A stretch of 64,000 bases of DNA, from assembly GCA_964016885.1 (NCBI GenBank), contig OZ024742.1, positions 198,834,001 to 198,898,000 on the forward strand, in the 5' to 3' direction. Origin of the DNA: Eledone cirrhosa. Taxonomy: Eukaryota. A program made the position numbers and the translations under genes. The notes under the pieces are model-generated. The model saw only the letters and a list, made by a program, of their open reading frames with translations. It did no database searches and had not been told where the DNA came from. Shown in pieces: positions 26,532 to 40,504 of the stretch (position 1 is the stretch's first letter; the number at the start of each line of letters is the position of its first letter).

Positions 26532-27679
26532 CATATAATATATCACTTAGAATTTCTAACCTTTCTTCTAACCAAGATGTATTTGATAAAAATGCGACCT
26601 TTTATAATGAAGCTCTAGATAGAAGTGGCCACAAAAATAGATTAGAGTATATACCTTCTACTAAAAATACTGAAAGCATACAGCATAATATTACCAACAA
26701 ACACCAAATGAAAAGTACACACCTAAATGCCACCCACAATATACCCCAAAATACTAAATCTTCTAATATAAAGTATAGTAACCCTCAAATAACTACTCAT
26801 CATACAACTATAATAAATATTAATAATAAAACTCCTAATAAAAAAGATAAAACACCTAAATCTACAAATATAACTAAAAATAGTTGTGGTGAGATCATTA
26901 ACATTAATCCTCCTAGTAAAAATCATGATACAACCTATAAAAATAATAAAAATAATAAACAACATAGAAACCGTAATAGACGAGTTACTTGGTATAATGC
27001 TCCTTTTAATTTACAAGTTAAGGATAATATTGCTAAAAAATTTTTTTATATCCTTGAGAAAAACTTCCCGCCAAACCACAAATACCATCAAATCTTAAAT
27101 AGGTCTACAGTTAAATTCTCATACTCTACAACAAATAACATAAAACAAAATATAAGTGCATATAATGCATATAAATGTAAGAAAACCATAAGTATACCAC
27201 CAGTACATCAAATTAACCATAATATCTCCTCAAATACAGAATTAACGAAAGGATGTAACTGTAGAAACAAAACAAACTGCCCATTAAAAGGGAATTGTCT
27301 TGTTAACAACATAGTCTATAAATGTAATGTTAAAACTAAAGATTCTATTTGCTCATATATAGGAGCTACCTCTAACAATTTTAAGACAAGGTTTAATACC
27401 CACAAGCATAGTTTTAAAAATGCCGCACTGGCTAATACAACATCTCTAGCAGAAAAAATCAATAGTTATAAAAATAAGAATATAAAATATGATTTGACCT
27501 GGAGTGTGCTCAAAAGAGCCACCCCTTATCAAAATAATAGAAAGGAATGTAGATTATGTTCCCAAGAACTATTTGAAATAATGAAGTCTAAGGATATCTT
27601 ATTAAATAAACGACAGGAATTAATTATATCGTGTAATCATAAACTAAAAAAAACATTTAAATATTATAAACCTAATTAA
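26532..27679 (+). pseudogene. Inverted duplicate of the PLE C-terminal half (thumb, linker, GIY-YIG)
   Basis: Translation from YNISLRISNLSS onward is identical to the 759-aa ORF. Confidence 0.9.
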
Positions 27680-28208
27680 TAACATTATTCTAGAAATTAA
27701 TTTAATTTAAATGTTAGTTAACCTATAAATTTAATTTAATTAATATTTTATTACAGATGAGAAAATATTATGTAATCATAAATTGTGAAAAACCTTTAAA
27801 TATTACTAATATATACTTAGTAATTTAATTTATAGATTAATTTTAATTTATTTAAACCTTTTATTATAATTCTTTTACAGATAAAATATAACAAAATAAT
27901 ATCATGTATCCAATGACAGAGAAATAATTTTTAGTATTATAGACCTAATTAATATACATTTTGGAAATATATTTATTATTTGGTTTTAGTTTTAATCAAC
28001 CTAAAAATTTTAATTTTAATTTGCTTAAAATTAGTATCCTTATACAGACGAATTGCAGAATGTCATGTAATCATAGAATGGGATGTGTTTTGGATATATA
28101 CCTAGTTAATATATTCTGTGCAATTTTTTGAAAAAGATATGTATATGTATATGTGTATGTGTATGTGTGTGTTGTGTATGTGTATCTGTATGTATGTATA
28201 TATGTGTA

Positions 28209-28255
<47 letters not shown>

Positions 28256-29552
28256 ATATGTATGTATATGTGTATGTGTATGTATATGTATATGTATGCG
28301 TATTAATTTTGATTTCTATTTGCATATAATTATATTATGCTATTGATGAAACACAATATCTGCTTTATGTATTGTATACCTAATTAACATATACTAATTA
28401 ACGTATACTATTGAAATAAATATATAATTTTTAATTTAGTTAACATATAATTTATATGCTACTACCGATGTAATACTTTATTTTATTTTTATTTGGGTTT
28501 CTTTTCCCTATTACTAAATTCATTTCCTAATATTGATACCATAACGTTATTAACTTTAATTTAGTTATACTGTAATTAATAATCTACTACTGTTTGACTT
28601 CAAAATTCTGCTCCAAATATTATAAACCTAACTAATTTACACCTTAGAAATCAATATGTTGACTATCTTTGATTTAGTTAACATATGATTAATGGTATAC
28701 TTATTTATTTTGAGATGCATAGATTTCGTATTTCCTAGCACTGAAAATATGTAAGAACATACATTGAATAAAGATACGGAAAATATTATATGTTTCTTGA
28801 AACATATATTTACTTTGATCCCCTTCTCCAAACCCCCCCATTCCCCCATACTATTATCATCTGTATTTGTAAGCGTCTATGTATGAATATATATGTAGGT
28901 AGGTGTCTATATAGGTTTGGGTATTTATATCTAAATATAAAAATACATATATGAGCATGCAAATATGAATGTAAGATTGTGTGTGTATATATGATTGTAC
29001 ATACATATGTATGTATATATATGTATATATATGCATTATATATGTATGTGTATGTGAATGTGTTGTATGTATATGTGTATGTATGTGTATATATGTGTAT
29101 GTATGTGTATGCTTGTATATATAGGAATATATATATGTGTATATATGTATGTATATGTATATGCGTGTATGTATGTATGGGTATGTGTGTTGTGTGTATA
29201 TATATGTATGTCTCTCTATTTATATGTTTATCTTCGTATCTATGTGATATATGTGTGTGTGTGTGCACGTATGCATATGTATGAGTTTGTGTGTGTTTGT
29301 ATGTGTGTGTGTATATATGTGTATGTGCGCACACACACATACACATATATATATATGTGAGTGTGTATGTGTGTCTGTGTGTGTGTGTGTGTGTGTATGT
29401 GTATATATATATATATATATATGGGTATATATATATATAGATATATATATATATATATATAGGTGTCTATGTGTGAATATATGTCTTTATTCGTATGTGT
29501 GTATTTATGTATGTATATGTTTATGTGTATGTATGTATGTGTATGTATGTAT

Positions 29553-29584
<32 letters not shown>

Positions 29585-29733
29585 GTATATATATATATGT
29601 ATATTATTCTTTATTATTATAATATAACTTATGTGTATATGTGTATAAGTGAGGTTGTGTATGTATATATAATATGTGTATATATAAGAGTAATAAAATA
29701 TATATATATATATATGTGCATGTCTGTTTTTTA

Positions 29734-29782
<49 letters not shown>

Positions 29783-29903
29783 GTGTGTGTATATAGATAT
29801 ATATATATATATATGTGGGTGTTTGTATGTGTATTTATGGTGGTATGAGTGTGTGGATATATATGTTTATATATATATATATATATATATATGTATGAGT
29901 CTA

Positions 29904-29954
<51 letters not shown>

Positions 29955-30265
29955 ATATATATGTGTGTATATATATATATATGTGTATGTATGTGTGTAT
30001 ATATATATATCTCTATTAATGCGTGTGTGTATGTATATACATATGCCTTTTTATTATTATTTTTATTTGTATGTCTGAGTTTGGTGAGGTTGTATTGTTT
30101 TTTATGTATATACACATATATGGAAGCGTATGTATTTATATATATGAGTATAAGTAGGTGCATATGTATGTATGATTATATATCTAATTCTATGTATGAA
30201 GGTACATCTATATATATATATATACGTGTGTATGTAAGTTGTGTGTGTATGTATCTATATGTCTA

Positions 30266-30316
<51 letters not shown>

Positions 30317-30395
30317 CGATGTGCGTATATGTATGTACATGTATGTACATGTATGTGTGTATGTATGTGTATGTATATTTAGATCTATGTGTATG

Positions 30396-30444
<49 letters not shown>

Positions 30445-31285
30445 ATGTGTGTGTGTATATATATATATATATGGATATATATCTTTATTATCTATTTTTT
30501 TTATATATATGTGTATGTGTGTATGTGTTGCGCGTGTGTGTGTGTGTATATATATATCTTTTTATATGTGTATGTGTATGTTCGTGTAAGTGTATGTATG
30601 TGTATGACTGTATATGTATGTGTGTATGTGTGTATGCGTAAATATTTCTATGTGCGCGTACATGTATGTATGTGTATATATATCTGTATGTGTATGTATA
30701 TTATATTATATTTATTATATTTTATTGTTTTATTTTTTTATTTTTCTTAATTTATAGATACATTTATATTAGGCAGTCTGCTCAGACAATTGAATACTGA
30801 CCCCTCCCCCCCCCTCCCACCTAATTTCTGTATCTTGATCTTGAAATGTGTGTGCCAGTGTTTTATGTGAGTGATTTAATTTCCATGTGCTTATGATTTT
30901 ATATCCACATATATAAATGTGAGTGGGGGTGTGTGTGTGTTTGTATGTTCGTGGTTATGTGTATATTTATGCATATACGCGCATGTATGTGTGATTATAC
31001 TGATATGGGTGAGTAGGAAAAAAAATATATTTATATGCTTGACTCCATAAGTATCAATGCGCATCTTATCAGCGCATTTTAAGCTTACAGAGATATTAAC
31101 CTTGAAATTTTGTGTTTGCATCCATCTTTTTAGTATGCGTATACAAGTTATACATACATTTTTGTAAAATATGTGTAAGGATTTTACATGTATATACACA
31201 CACCGAACTGCTTTTAACCCTTTGTGTTTTCATTGGTCAATTTTGAACTGATATTTTGAATTGTTGTTATTATCAATAAATATAC

Positions 31286-31440
31286 TTCATTATTTCTGAA
31301 GACGGCGTATATATGTGTTAGGTATGTATATTTAATCTTGATAATTTGTATAATTTTGTATAATTTTGTACATAGATCTGTTGAATATGCATACCAATTA
31401 TAACACATATATACCCTAGAAACGATCGTTAAATAATGAA
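31286..31440 (+). ncRNA. Type-I hammerhead ribozyme with ~116-nt stem II
   Basis: ttcattattt-CTGAAGA-[long hairpin]-GAAA-cgatcg-tt-aaataatgaa; 10-bp stem I, palindromic stem III ACGATCGT. Confidence 0.78.
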
Positions 31441-31737
31441 CTTTTTTTGTTTAATATAAGGAATTGTTTATTCATTATTTGTTTAATATTTTATCTTGAC
31501 TCTGTATACCGTTTATCTTTCACCGAAAGTGGATTTTCATTACATCTCTTCTTTCCATGATATCCGGAATACATTGAGTTCTTCATACGGATTGGACACT
31601 ACCGTAAACTCTTGGTAGATTTATCTACATATATATATATATATATATATAGTAATAATAATAAATTTGAAGACTAAAATCCAAAGAGGGCTCGATAAGG
31701 ATAAATATATATCAAATATATAAGGACTGTAGAGCAA

Positions 31738-31866
31738 ATATTTATTAAAATAACAGATTAAAGTTTAATCGCTGCTTTCACCCTCAACGGGATCTTCTGA
31801 AGATCCCGTTAAGGGTGAAAGCAGCGATTCTTTGCTTAAACTTTAATCTGTTATTTTAATAAATAT
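31738..31866. repeat. Short fold-back centred on an HHR core
   Basis: GGGATCTTC-T-GAAGATCCC centre; right arm CTGAAGA-t-ccc(gttaa)ggg-t-GAAA. Confidence 0.7.
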
Positions 31867-31972
31867 ATATATATATATAACCGTCTCCGTGGACTAGTGG
31901 TAAGTATTAGAGGTGGTGGAGACCCTGGTCTGGGGTTCGATCTTAGTCAGATTCCTGCAATCGTTATTTTAT

Positions 31973-32317
31973 GGAGGCACATGGCTTAGTGGTTAGAGCA
32001 TTGGCCTTGCAATCGAAAGATTGTGAGTTCAATTCTCAGACCAGGCGATGTGTTGTTTCCTTGAGCAAGACACTTTATTTCACATTGCTCCAGTTTACTC
32101 AGCTGTAGAAATGAGATGATAGGGACTGGGGTCCATATCATTCCACTGTAAAGTGGACGTGTAGGTGCCACGGCAAAAAAGCACCCAGCACTCACTGTAA
32201 ATGAGGTTGATGTTAGGAAGGGCATCCAGCTGTAGAAATCAAGCCAGAAGCAGTTCCCGTCCCACCCTTGGAAGCAGGGAAAAAGCGGACGTAAAATGAA
32301 ATGATGATGAATGATGA
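31973..32317 (+). mobile_element. tRNA-derived SINE with CORE-like segment and RTE-type 3' tail
   Basis: A box TGGCTTAGTGG, B box GAGTTCAATTC, CCTTGAGCAAGACACTT, tail ending GGACGTAAAATGA..(ATG)n. Confidence 0.85.
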
Positions 32318-32558
32318 TATATATATATGTATATATATATTTATATATATATATGTATATGTATATATATGTATATATATATATATATATACGGGGTAAC
32401 AAATAATAGTTATATGCAGTCCACTTAGGTGTAGTCCAGTTATGGTACTCCGGGTAGTGGATGATATCAACGCTTGGCTAAGTTTGACTCAACAAGGCGT
32501 TTCCATAGTGATGCTGCGAGTACGCTGTAATTCCTATGTTGTAAAGACTTGGAGTAAT

Positions 32559-33920
32559 AATAAATCAGGAAAGAAGAGTGTACGGTCAACTCAGACAACT
32601 CCACCTGGCATTACATTGGATCTACTGCGGGTTCTTTTAAAAAAAGATGGTATGTGCACAGGCACTCGATGAAAAATCGTGCACTTATGGGTTCTACAAC
32701 CCTCGCCAAAAAAATATGGGAACTGAAGGACAACAACACTAGCTACAGTATCAACTGGTCGAGGTTGTCGGCTGCTAAAACCTACAGTACAGGTATGTCC
32801 CATCGTGGGCTATGTGATCTAGAACTACTGTATATCCTTAAAAATGTAAAAAGGCTACTTAACAACAAGTTAGAAAGATCTATCTTCTGCAGACACAAAA
32901 TTGCCACTAAATTCATAAGATTTAAACCTCCATGAATCGAACCGACGTAACATAGCTTTCAACTAGGATACCCACTACTCTGCACGAATCACCACAGAAA
33001 TATAATCATTAAGTACATTCTAGCCTTCTTAGTTCTATACCACACTAATGTCTGTAAGTACCTCATCAACCCATAAACTTATCTCTTCTCAGCTGCTGTC
33101 ATCACTTGATCCTAAATCCAAGAACATTTCAAAATACTACTACAACGGAACTTTACCTTCCTCTTGCTATAATTATAGTCAGCATGTTTTCTCTCTGTAT
33201 GTATGTATGTATGTATTTGTATGAGTGTGTGTGTATATGTATATGTTTGTGTGCATGTGTGTGTGTATATATATGTGTATATATATATATATATATTACC
33301 TCCATAACCTCTGTATTAACTTGCCCATTATTTAGCTTTGTTAGTGTTGTCTTATATATGTATGTTATTGAGGATGGAAAAGATAGACAGAACTCTCATC
33401 TAATATAGACCACACAAATTCTACTACAGTGATAAATACTTCATCGGTCAGATAAAAACCGACTATTACGGCCACCTGACCTACATTGTTTAAACACACC
33501 AGCTTATCTTTACACTTGATATAATGCACCCTACGACAGTCTTTACATGTCAATTTTATACATCTGCCTCATGTCAGCTAGTTTTACACGCTAAAATCAT
33601 AGATATACAATACTTCCCACCTAGATTGATGTGATTATTTCAAATAATTTATTGCTAGCATTGTTGATATTGTTGTTATTGTTCTAACTGAATGCCATTA
33701 CTACTACATATAGTAGCCTGTATATTCTTTTCATGCCTGTATATTCTCTTCATTCTCGCAAGCTCCGATGAACTGACTGGTTATAATTTTGTATTGGCGA
33801 TCGAGTAACGCGAAAATAAGCGGATAGCGATCTCTAGACCTACCGGTTCAGAGAAACAATTGTCAGCAATGAGATTAAAAACCTTTTTTGTATAGCAAAC
33901 CGTGTCACTCTTCTTTCCTG

Positions 33921-33926
<6 letters not shown>
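32559..33926 (+). mobile_element. 5'-truncated Naiad-type PLE (GIY-YIG C-terminus, 3' tail, HHR) with short inverted copy of its 3' end
   Basis: HYIGSTAGSFKKRW..HRHS..LCDLE..LLN..CRHK at ~32590-32935; 32559-32580 is the reverse complement of 33906-33926. Confidence 0.8.
33754..33874 (+). ncRNA. Hammerhead ribozyme with ~81-nt stem II (core U4 to C)
   Basis: gct-CCGATGA-actgactggt...accggttcaga-GAAA-caattg-tc-agc; GUC triplet, stem III ACAATTGT. Confidence 0.65.
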
Positions 33927-33983
<57 letters not shown>

Positions 33984-33986
<3 letters not shown>

Positions 33987-34455
33987 CACGATAAATTAAC
34001 GGAGCCATAGTCTCTCGCTATTCCCTGTCAGTAATGTGCTCAAAGGAGAAGGAATCCCGAGCTCTTTATAATACAATATGTTGAAAAGATAACACACTAG
34101 AGAGAGAGGCCACTCGTTACTGCCCTAAGCACGCTGTTAATTCTATCTCCCACGTGTGGCTGGACGGTCGCTTTAGATTCTCTTAGAGTTGTCTGAAATG
34201 TATAGCCTTACACACGCTGATGAACCATGGGCTAATCATTTCTGTCAACAACTTATTTGGCGAAACAGATCTCTTTGGATTTGTACATGTGTGTTAGATA
34301 ATTATCGAGGTATGTATTTACACTTTAATTTATACTTTTAATTATTGTGTGTATACTCTGCCTTCCATTGGCTATAGATTCCATACACTGGTGGTTTTTC
34401 CTTGTTTGATTGATGGCGCACTCTCTCTAGTGTGTTATCTTTTCAACATATTGTA
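33984..34455 (+). mobile_element. Non-coding HHR element with inverted copy of its 3' end
   Basis: ~34070-34105 is the reverse complement of 34421-34455; family fragments at 10685 and 49093. Confidence 0.7.
34210..34292 (+). ncRNA. Type-I hammerhead ribozyme with full stem III
   Basis: acacacg-CTGATGA-acca..tggc-GAAA-cagatct(cttt)ggatttg-ta-catgtgt; GUA triplet. Confidence 0.72.
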
Positions 34456-34989
34456 TATATATATACATATATATATATACATTTATATATACGTTTATAT
34501 ATATATACATATTTATATATATATACATATATATATATATATACATTTATATATACATTTATATATATATATATATACATATTTATATATATATATACAT
34601 ATATATACGTGAGTAAGTCTATTAGTGTTCGGTTATATTGCCTATTATCGACAACACAATCTAATTAATCTTCCCCCAAACTTCAAAACCGACTTTAGTT
34701 TCTCATAACTTTCTTAACCCTTTAGCATTTGGCCATTCATACTTACGTTAAGGTATTGTTCTCAAAATAAATAATATCAAAATCTCATAGATTCAATATT
34801 ATGTGAGATAACCATGAAGATACAATAATAAATATAGAATAATGGGTTAATGCATATTTTTAAATGAAATTTTGCAGATATATGTTTGCAAGTGTATAGG
34901 TTAGGAATATATGAATAAAAGTGTTTCTAATTTTAGCATGTTATAATTGTAGAAATGATATTGTGTTCATGAATAACATTTATGACATT

Positions 34990-35595
34990 TAGGTGTTACG
35001 ACAAAAATCACCCAGTCCACACTATAGTATCCAGTCCACACTATAAATTGTTCATGTTGGTGTCATGATATAAAACAACCAGCCCTCACTGTAAAATGGT
35101 AATGTAGGTGTTATGACAAAAAGCACCCAGTATACTCTGTATCTTGGCCGTGTAGGTGTCATGACAAAAAGCACCCAGTATACACTGTAAAGTGGTCGTG
35201 TAGGTGTCATGACAAAAAGCACCCAGTACACTCTGTAAAGTGATCATGTAGGTGTCATGACAAAAAGCACCCAGTCCACACTGTAACGTGGTTGTGTAGG
35301 TGTCACGACAAAAATCACCCAACCCTCATTGTAAACTGGTCATGAAGGTGACAGAACAAAGCCCAAACTGTAAAGTGGTCATGTAGGTGACACAACAAAA
35401 AGCGCCCAGTACACACTGTAAATGTGGTTGGTTTTAGGAAGGGCATCCACCCATAAAAACCAAGTCAAAATCACTTCTGTATGAGCATGATATGGTCATC
35501 TGACCTGGCTTATCTCACAATGTGACAACTCGTCTAACCCATGATAGCGTGGAAAAATGAACGTTAAACGGTGATGATGATGATGATGATGATGG
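34990..35595 (+). repeat. 48-bp minisatellite (~9 copies) amplified inside a SINE/RTE 3' region
   Basis: Unit GTAGGTGTCATGACAAAAAGCACCCAGTACACTCTGTAAAGTGGTCAT, then TAGGAAGGGCATCC and a (GAT)n tail. Confidence 0.85.
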
Positions 35596-36368
35596 TCCTG
35601 TTTGAAGCCTTTCGTTCTTATGGGGTCATAAAATAAAGTACCAGTAATGCACTGGGATAGTTGCTGGCTTTGTGCCAAAAGTAGAAACAATTATCATTAT
35701 CCTGTTTGATATTCTTATGTATATGATTTATTATCAACATGAAATTAGAAAATATGATGAAAAAATTTCCCAGTTTAAGTTTAACCTACAGCAAACACAG
35801 ATCATAAGTATTTACTAATTAAAGCAGTAGTGAACAGAACTATATGAAATCATAAAACTATTTTTTTTTAAATTAAATTATTATTATCATTAATTTTAAT
35901 ATTTAATTGTACCAGCATAATCTTTTCTACATCTTGGAAAATGTATTTCTGCAAAATTTAATTTTGAACTATAGAGTTAATAGGAAATAAAGTTGGGTGG
36001 GGTCCTTAAACAATAGTTATGCCAAGAAGACTACCCAGATATACTCAACACACTCTCATTGATTATTAGAGCCATTCATGCAGATTCCATCATAGATATA
36101 AATATATGGGGCGGACTGAGGGTCCGTAAGCCGTAGAGTAGGCAACCCGTCTAGGAGAGCTACCTCTCCGAATAAATTGGTGCGGAGTAGAGAAGTCCCC
36201 TAAGTCCAGTAAGACAACTTCCCTAGTGCTGGTGGCACGAATAAAAGCACCCAATCTATGCTGTAAAGTAGTGCTGGTGTTAGGAAGGGCATCCAACCAG
36301 TATATATTAATGCCAAAAATTATGAGTCCCACCCTTGCAAGCAGGGAAAAGCGGACGTAAAATGATGA

Positions 36369-36435
<67 letters not shown>

Positions 36436-36441
36436 CATAAA

Positions 36442-36916
36442 TAAATACTTCAATAAAAAAAAAAGGAGGCCAGATTCCAATATTTTCCTTTAATGTTTCA
36501 TAAAACATAATACGTATTTCTATGGCCAGTGGCTTAAATCATCATATCATGATGCAAGACATCCCGTGACATCGTCAGGTGTAAAAAAGCAATAAAGATT
36601 TAGTAATCAACTTCTGGGTTACGGTAAAATATAAACAGAGAATTGATGTGGAAGCAGTCCGTCATATGCCACAGCATTTAAATCAATTGAATGACCACCT
36701 CCATATCAATTCTCTGTTTATATTTTACCGTAACTCAGAAGTTGATTACTAAATCTTTATTGTTCTTTACGCTTGATGACACTGCCAGATGTCCTGCATC
36801 ATGATATGATGACGTAAGTTACTGGCCATAGAAATATCTATCGTATTTTTATGAAACATTAAAGGAATATACTGGAATCCAGCCTCCTTTTTTTTTTTTT
36901 TTTATTAAAGTATTTA
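36442..36916. repeat. Diverged fold-back, ~210-bp arms, each with a degenerate HHR
   Basis: Arms ~36442-36652 and ~36698-36916; CTGACGA/TTGATGA..GAAA motifs. Confidence 0.75.
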
Positions 36917-38040
36917 ACTCCGTTCCTGCACCGACCACAATATACCAAATCTATGATGGATGTTACATACAACGTTGAGGACTTTTTCTCATTGCATCAC
37001 GGTCTGCTAATGGGAATGACATTTCTACGCATTAGTTAAACCATCCAACATAAACAGTGTGAGCTGGAGACGGTCATCTGCTCTGGCTTGGCTCACATCT
37101 GCAAAACTCGTCTAACCCATATTAGTGTGGAAAACTGGACATGAAACAGTGATGATGATGGTATATATACATACATATAGATATATATGTAGCAAAACTA
37201 TTCCCATGTTCTCAGGTGGTCACTTTATCAACACTCACTGATATTTAACCTCCGTCAAACTACCTGAAACACCCGTTCTTTTATTTGAGCTAACAATGTC
37301 GCCATTCAGATTTATTACCTTTGTTTAAAAGGAAATTATCAAGGGCTATGTGTTTAATGTTTTCTGGGTTCACAATCCTTATACATACAAGAAATTTTGA
37401 CCCCAGGATAGCAGAGTTTATTTCTTCGCTCTGCCATAGAGCACAGTTAGTTTCTTTGCTCTGCAACATACAGACAGTACAGTTCATGATGCAGCCGCAT
37501 ACACACACAGACACACTGCTAGCCAGTGCTGCTGGCTAAGAGGGATGACTAGCAACATCAACCAAATGGTTAATAATTCACTACTATGAAATTCTACAGT
37601 GATACAATTCACACACACAATCAATACGCTACAGTTGTATGTGTACCTTTTTCTGTTGTTCATTATAACTGCCTATGATTTCAAAGTAAATCATGCAACC
37701 AATAAAAACATGAAAACAAGTAGAGGCACTATCTTATTCATTTGTAAATTCATATCCATGAAATTGGGGGAAGTTGTTTTCCCCATAGCAATATCACACC
37801 ACCACAACATGCGACTACAATTATTGGTTATCTTAATTACGGCCAGACTTCAAAGCAACAGTTCTCTGGACTCACTAGGACACGCTTCACTTACTTGCCA
37901 AGGAGTTGACCAACAAACCACTCACTCAACTACTTCATCAGCTTCATTTCACAACTACCAAACCACAAATGAACTAAACAGATAAACAAGCAGCCATCTT
38001 TATCTTGCTAAACATTAAACATACATATCTCTGTCTCTCT

Positions 38041-38115
<75 letters not shown>

Positions 38116-38384
38116 ATATATATGTTTAATATATAAATATATATATATATAAATATATATATATAGATGGGAGTTGTCCCACTTGAGGCAAGATTGGTCG
38201 GGTGACTGTGTTTCGCTCGTATAGAACTATCTGGAAGGTTTTCTACGGTTGGATGCCCTTCCTAACACCAACCACATTTACAGTGTGGACTGGGAGCTTT
38301 TTACTATGTTACCTACAACGACCACATTACAGCATGGACTGTGTTTTTTTTATCGTGACCATACCAACGTAATCTTCTCTCAAG

Positions 38385-39160
38385 TCAACAGCATCTGATC
38401 CCTCTTATTCCTAATTTCTCATTTAGTTCATTTATGTTTTGCCGTTCATGTATATTACTATTACACATCCAACAGAGCATGCATGCTTCGTTCCTTTCCT
38501 GTCTGCACAGGTCCTCTGCACACAATGCCCATGTCTCACTGCCATATAACATTTCTGTTCGTATACAAGCATCATACAATCTGCTTTTCATTTTTAGAGA
38601 GAAACCTTTTGTGGCCGACAACGGTATAAGCTCTCTGAACTTTTTCCATCCCGTTCTAACTCTGGCTACTGTACTTTCAGAGCACCCTCCACCACTGCTG
38701 ATTTTGTCACCCAGGTAACGGAAAGTGTCCACTATTTCTATAGAGCCATCTGGGCAATAGAAGGATCTAGTATCCTGTGGGCACTTGTTACTTATTGCAC
38801 CTGAGCATCGGCCACATATAAAATCTACGTTCTTAGATAGCTTGACTGTGATCCCACTACATCTTTTATGTACCCATAGTTTGCATTTGGGACATAAAAT
38901 GGAATTTCTACCTACTCCTTTCCTACACACTGAGCATGGCCATTTCCCAGAGGGTACCTGTGCCCTATTTTCCCTTCTACACACTAGAACTTTAGTCTTA
39001 GACAAGTTAACTTTAAGGCCTTTTGATCCTAGGCCATGCTTCCATGTTTGGAATTTCTTCTCTAGTTTAGCCATAGATTCAGCTATGAGCGTTAGATCAT
39101 CTGCATATAGGAGTTCCCTTGGGCAGCCGGTCTTGAACTCCTCTGTTATAGCCTGAAGGG

Positions 39161-39162
<2 letters not shown>
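38385..39162 (-). mobile_element. RTE family A internal fragment
   Basis: ELLYADD..WPCSVCRKGVGRNSILCPKCKLWVHKRCSG..FRYLGD..LYGSETW. Confidence 0.88.
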
Positions 39163-39232
<70 letters not shown>

Positions 39233-39254
39233 GGAGGTACTTAGGTAGATTGAG

Positions 39255-40470
<1,216 letters not shown>

Positions 40471-40504
40471 TCACCACCTAAACTATATATATTTACGTAT
40501 ATAT

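Larger units (their letters stand above)
20385..31630. mobile_element. Naiad-type PLE inserted as a giant fold-back (arms 20385-25350 and 26532-31494, spacer ~1.18 kb)
   Basis: Identical ORF translations on opposite strands; mirrored microsatellite-rich tails and HHRs; TA tracts at both ends. Confidence 0.92.

Noticed and set aside
31880-31955. tRNA gene
   Set aside because: A/B-box-like motifs but no cloverleaf; probably a SINE head fragment
34990-35420. CRISPR-like array (also 1-300)
   Set aside because: Head-to-tail tandem units without unique spacers, eukaryotic context, no cas genes
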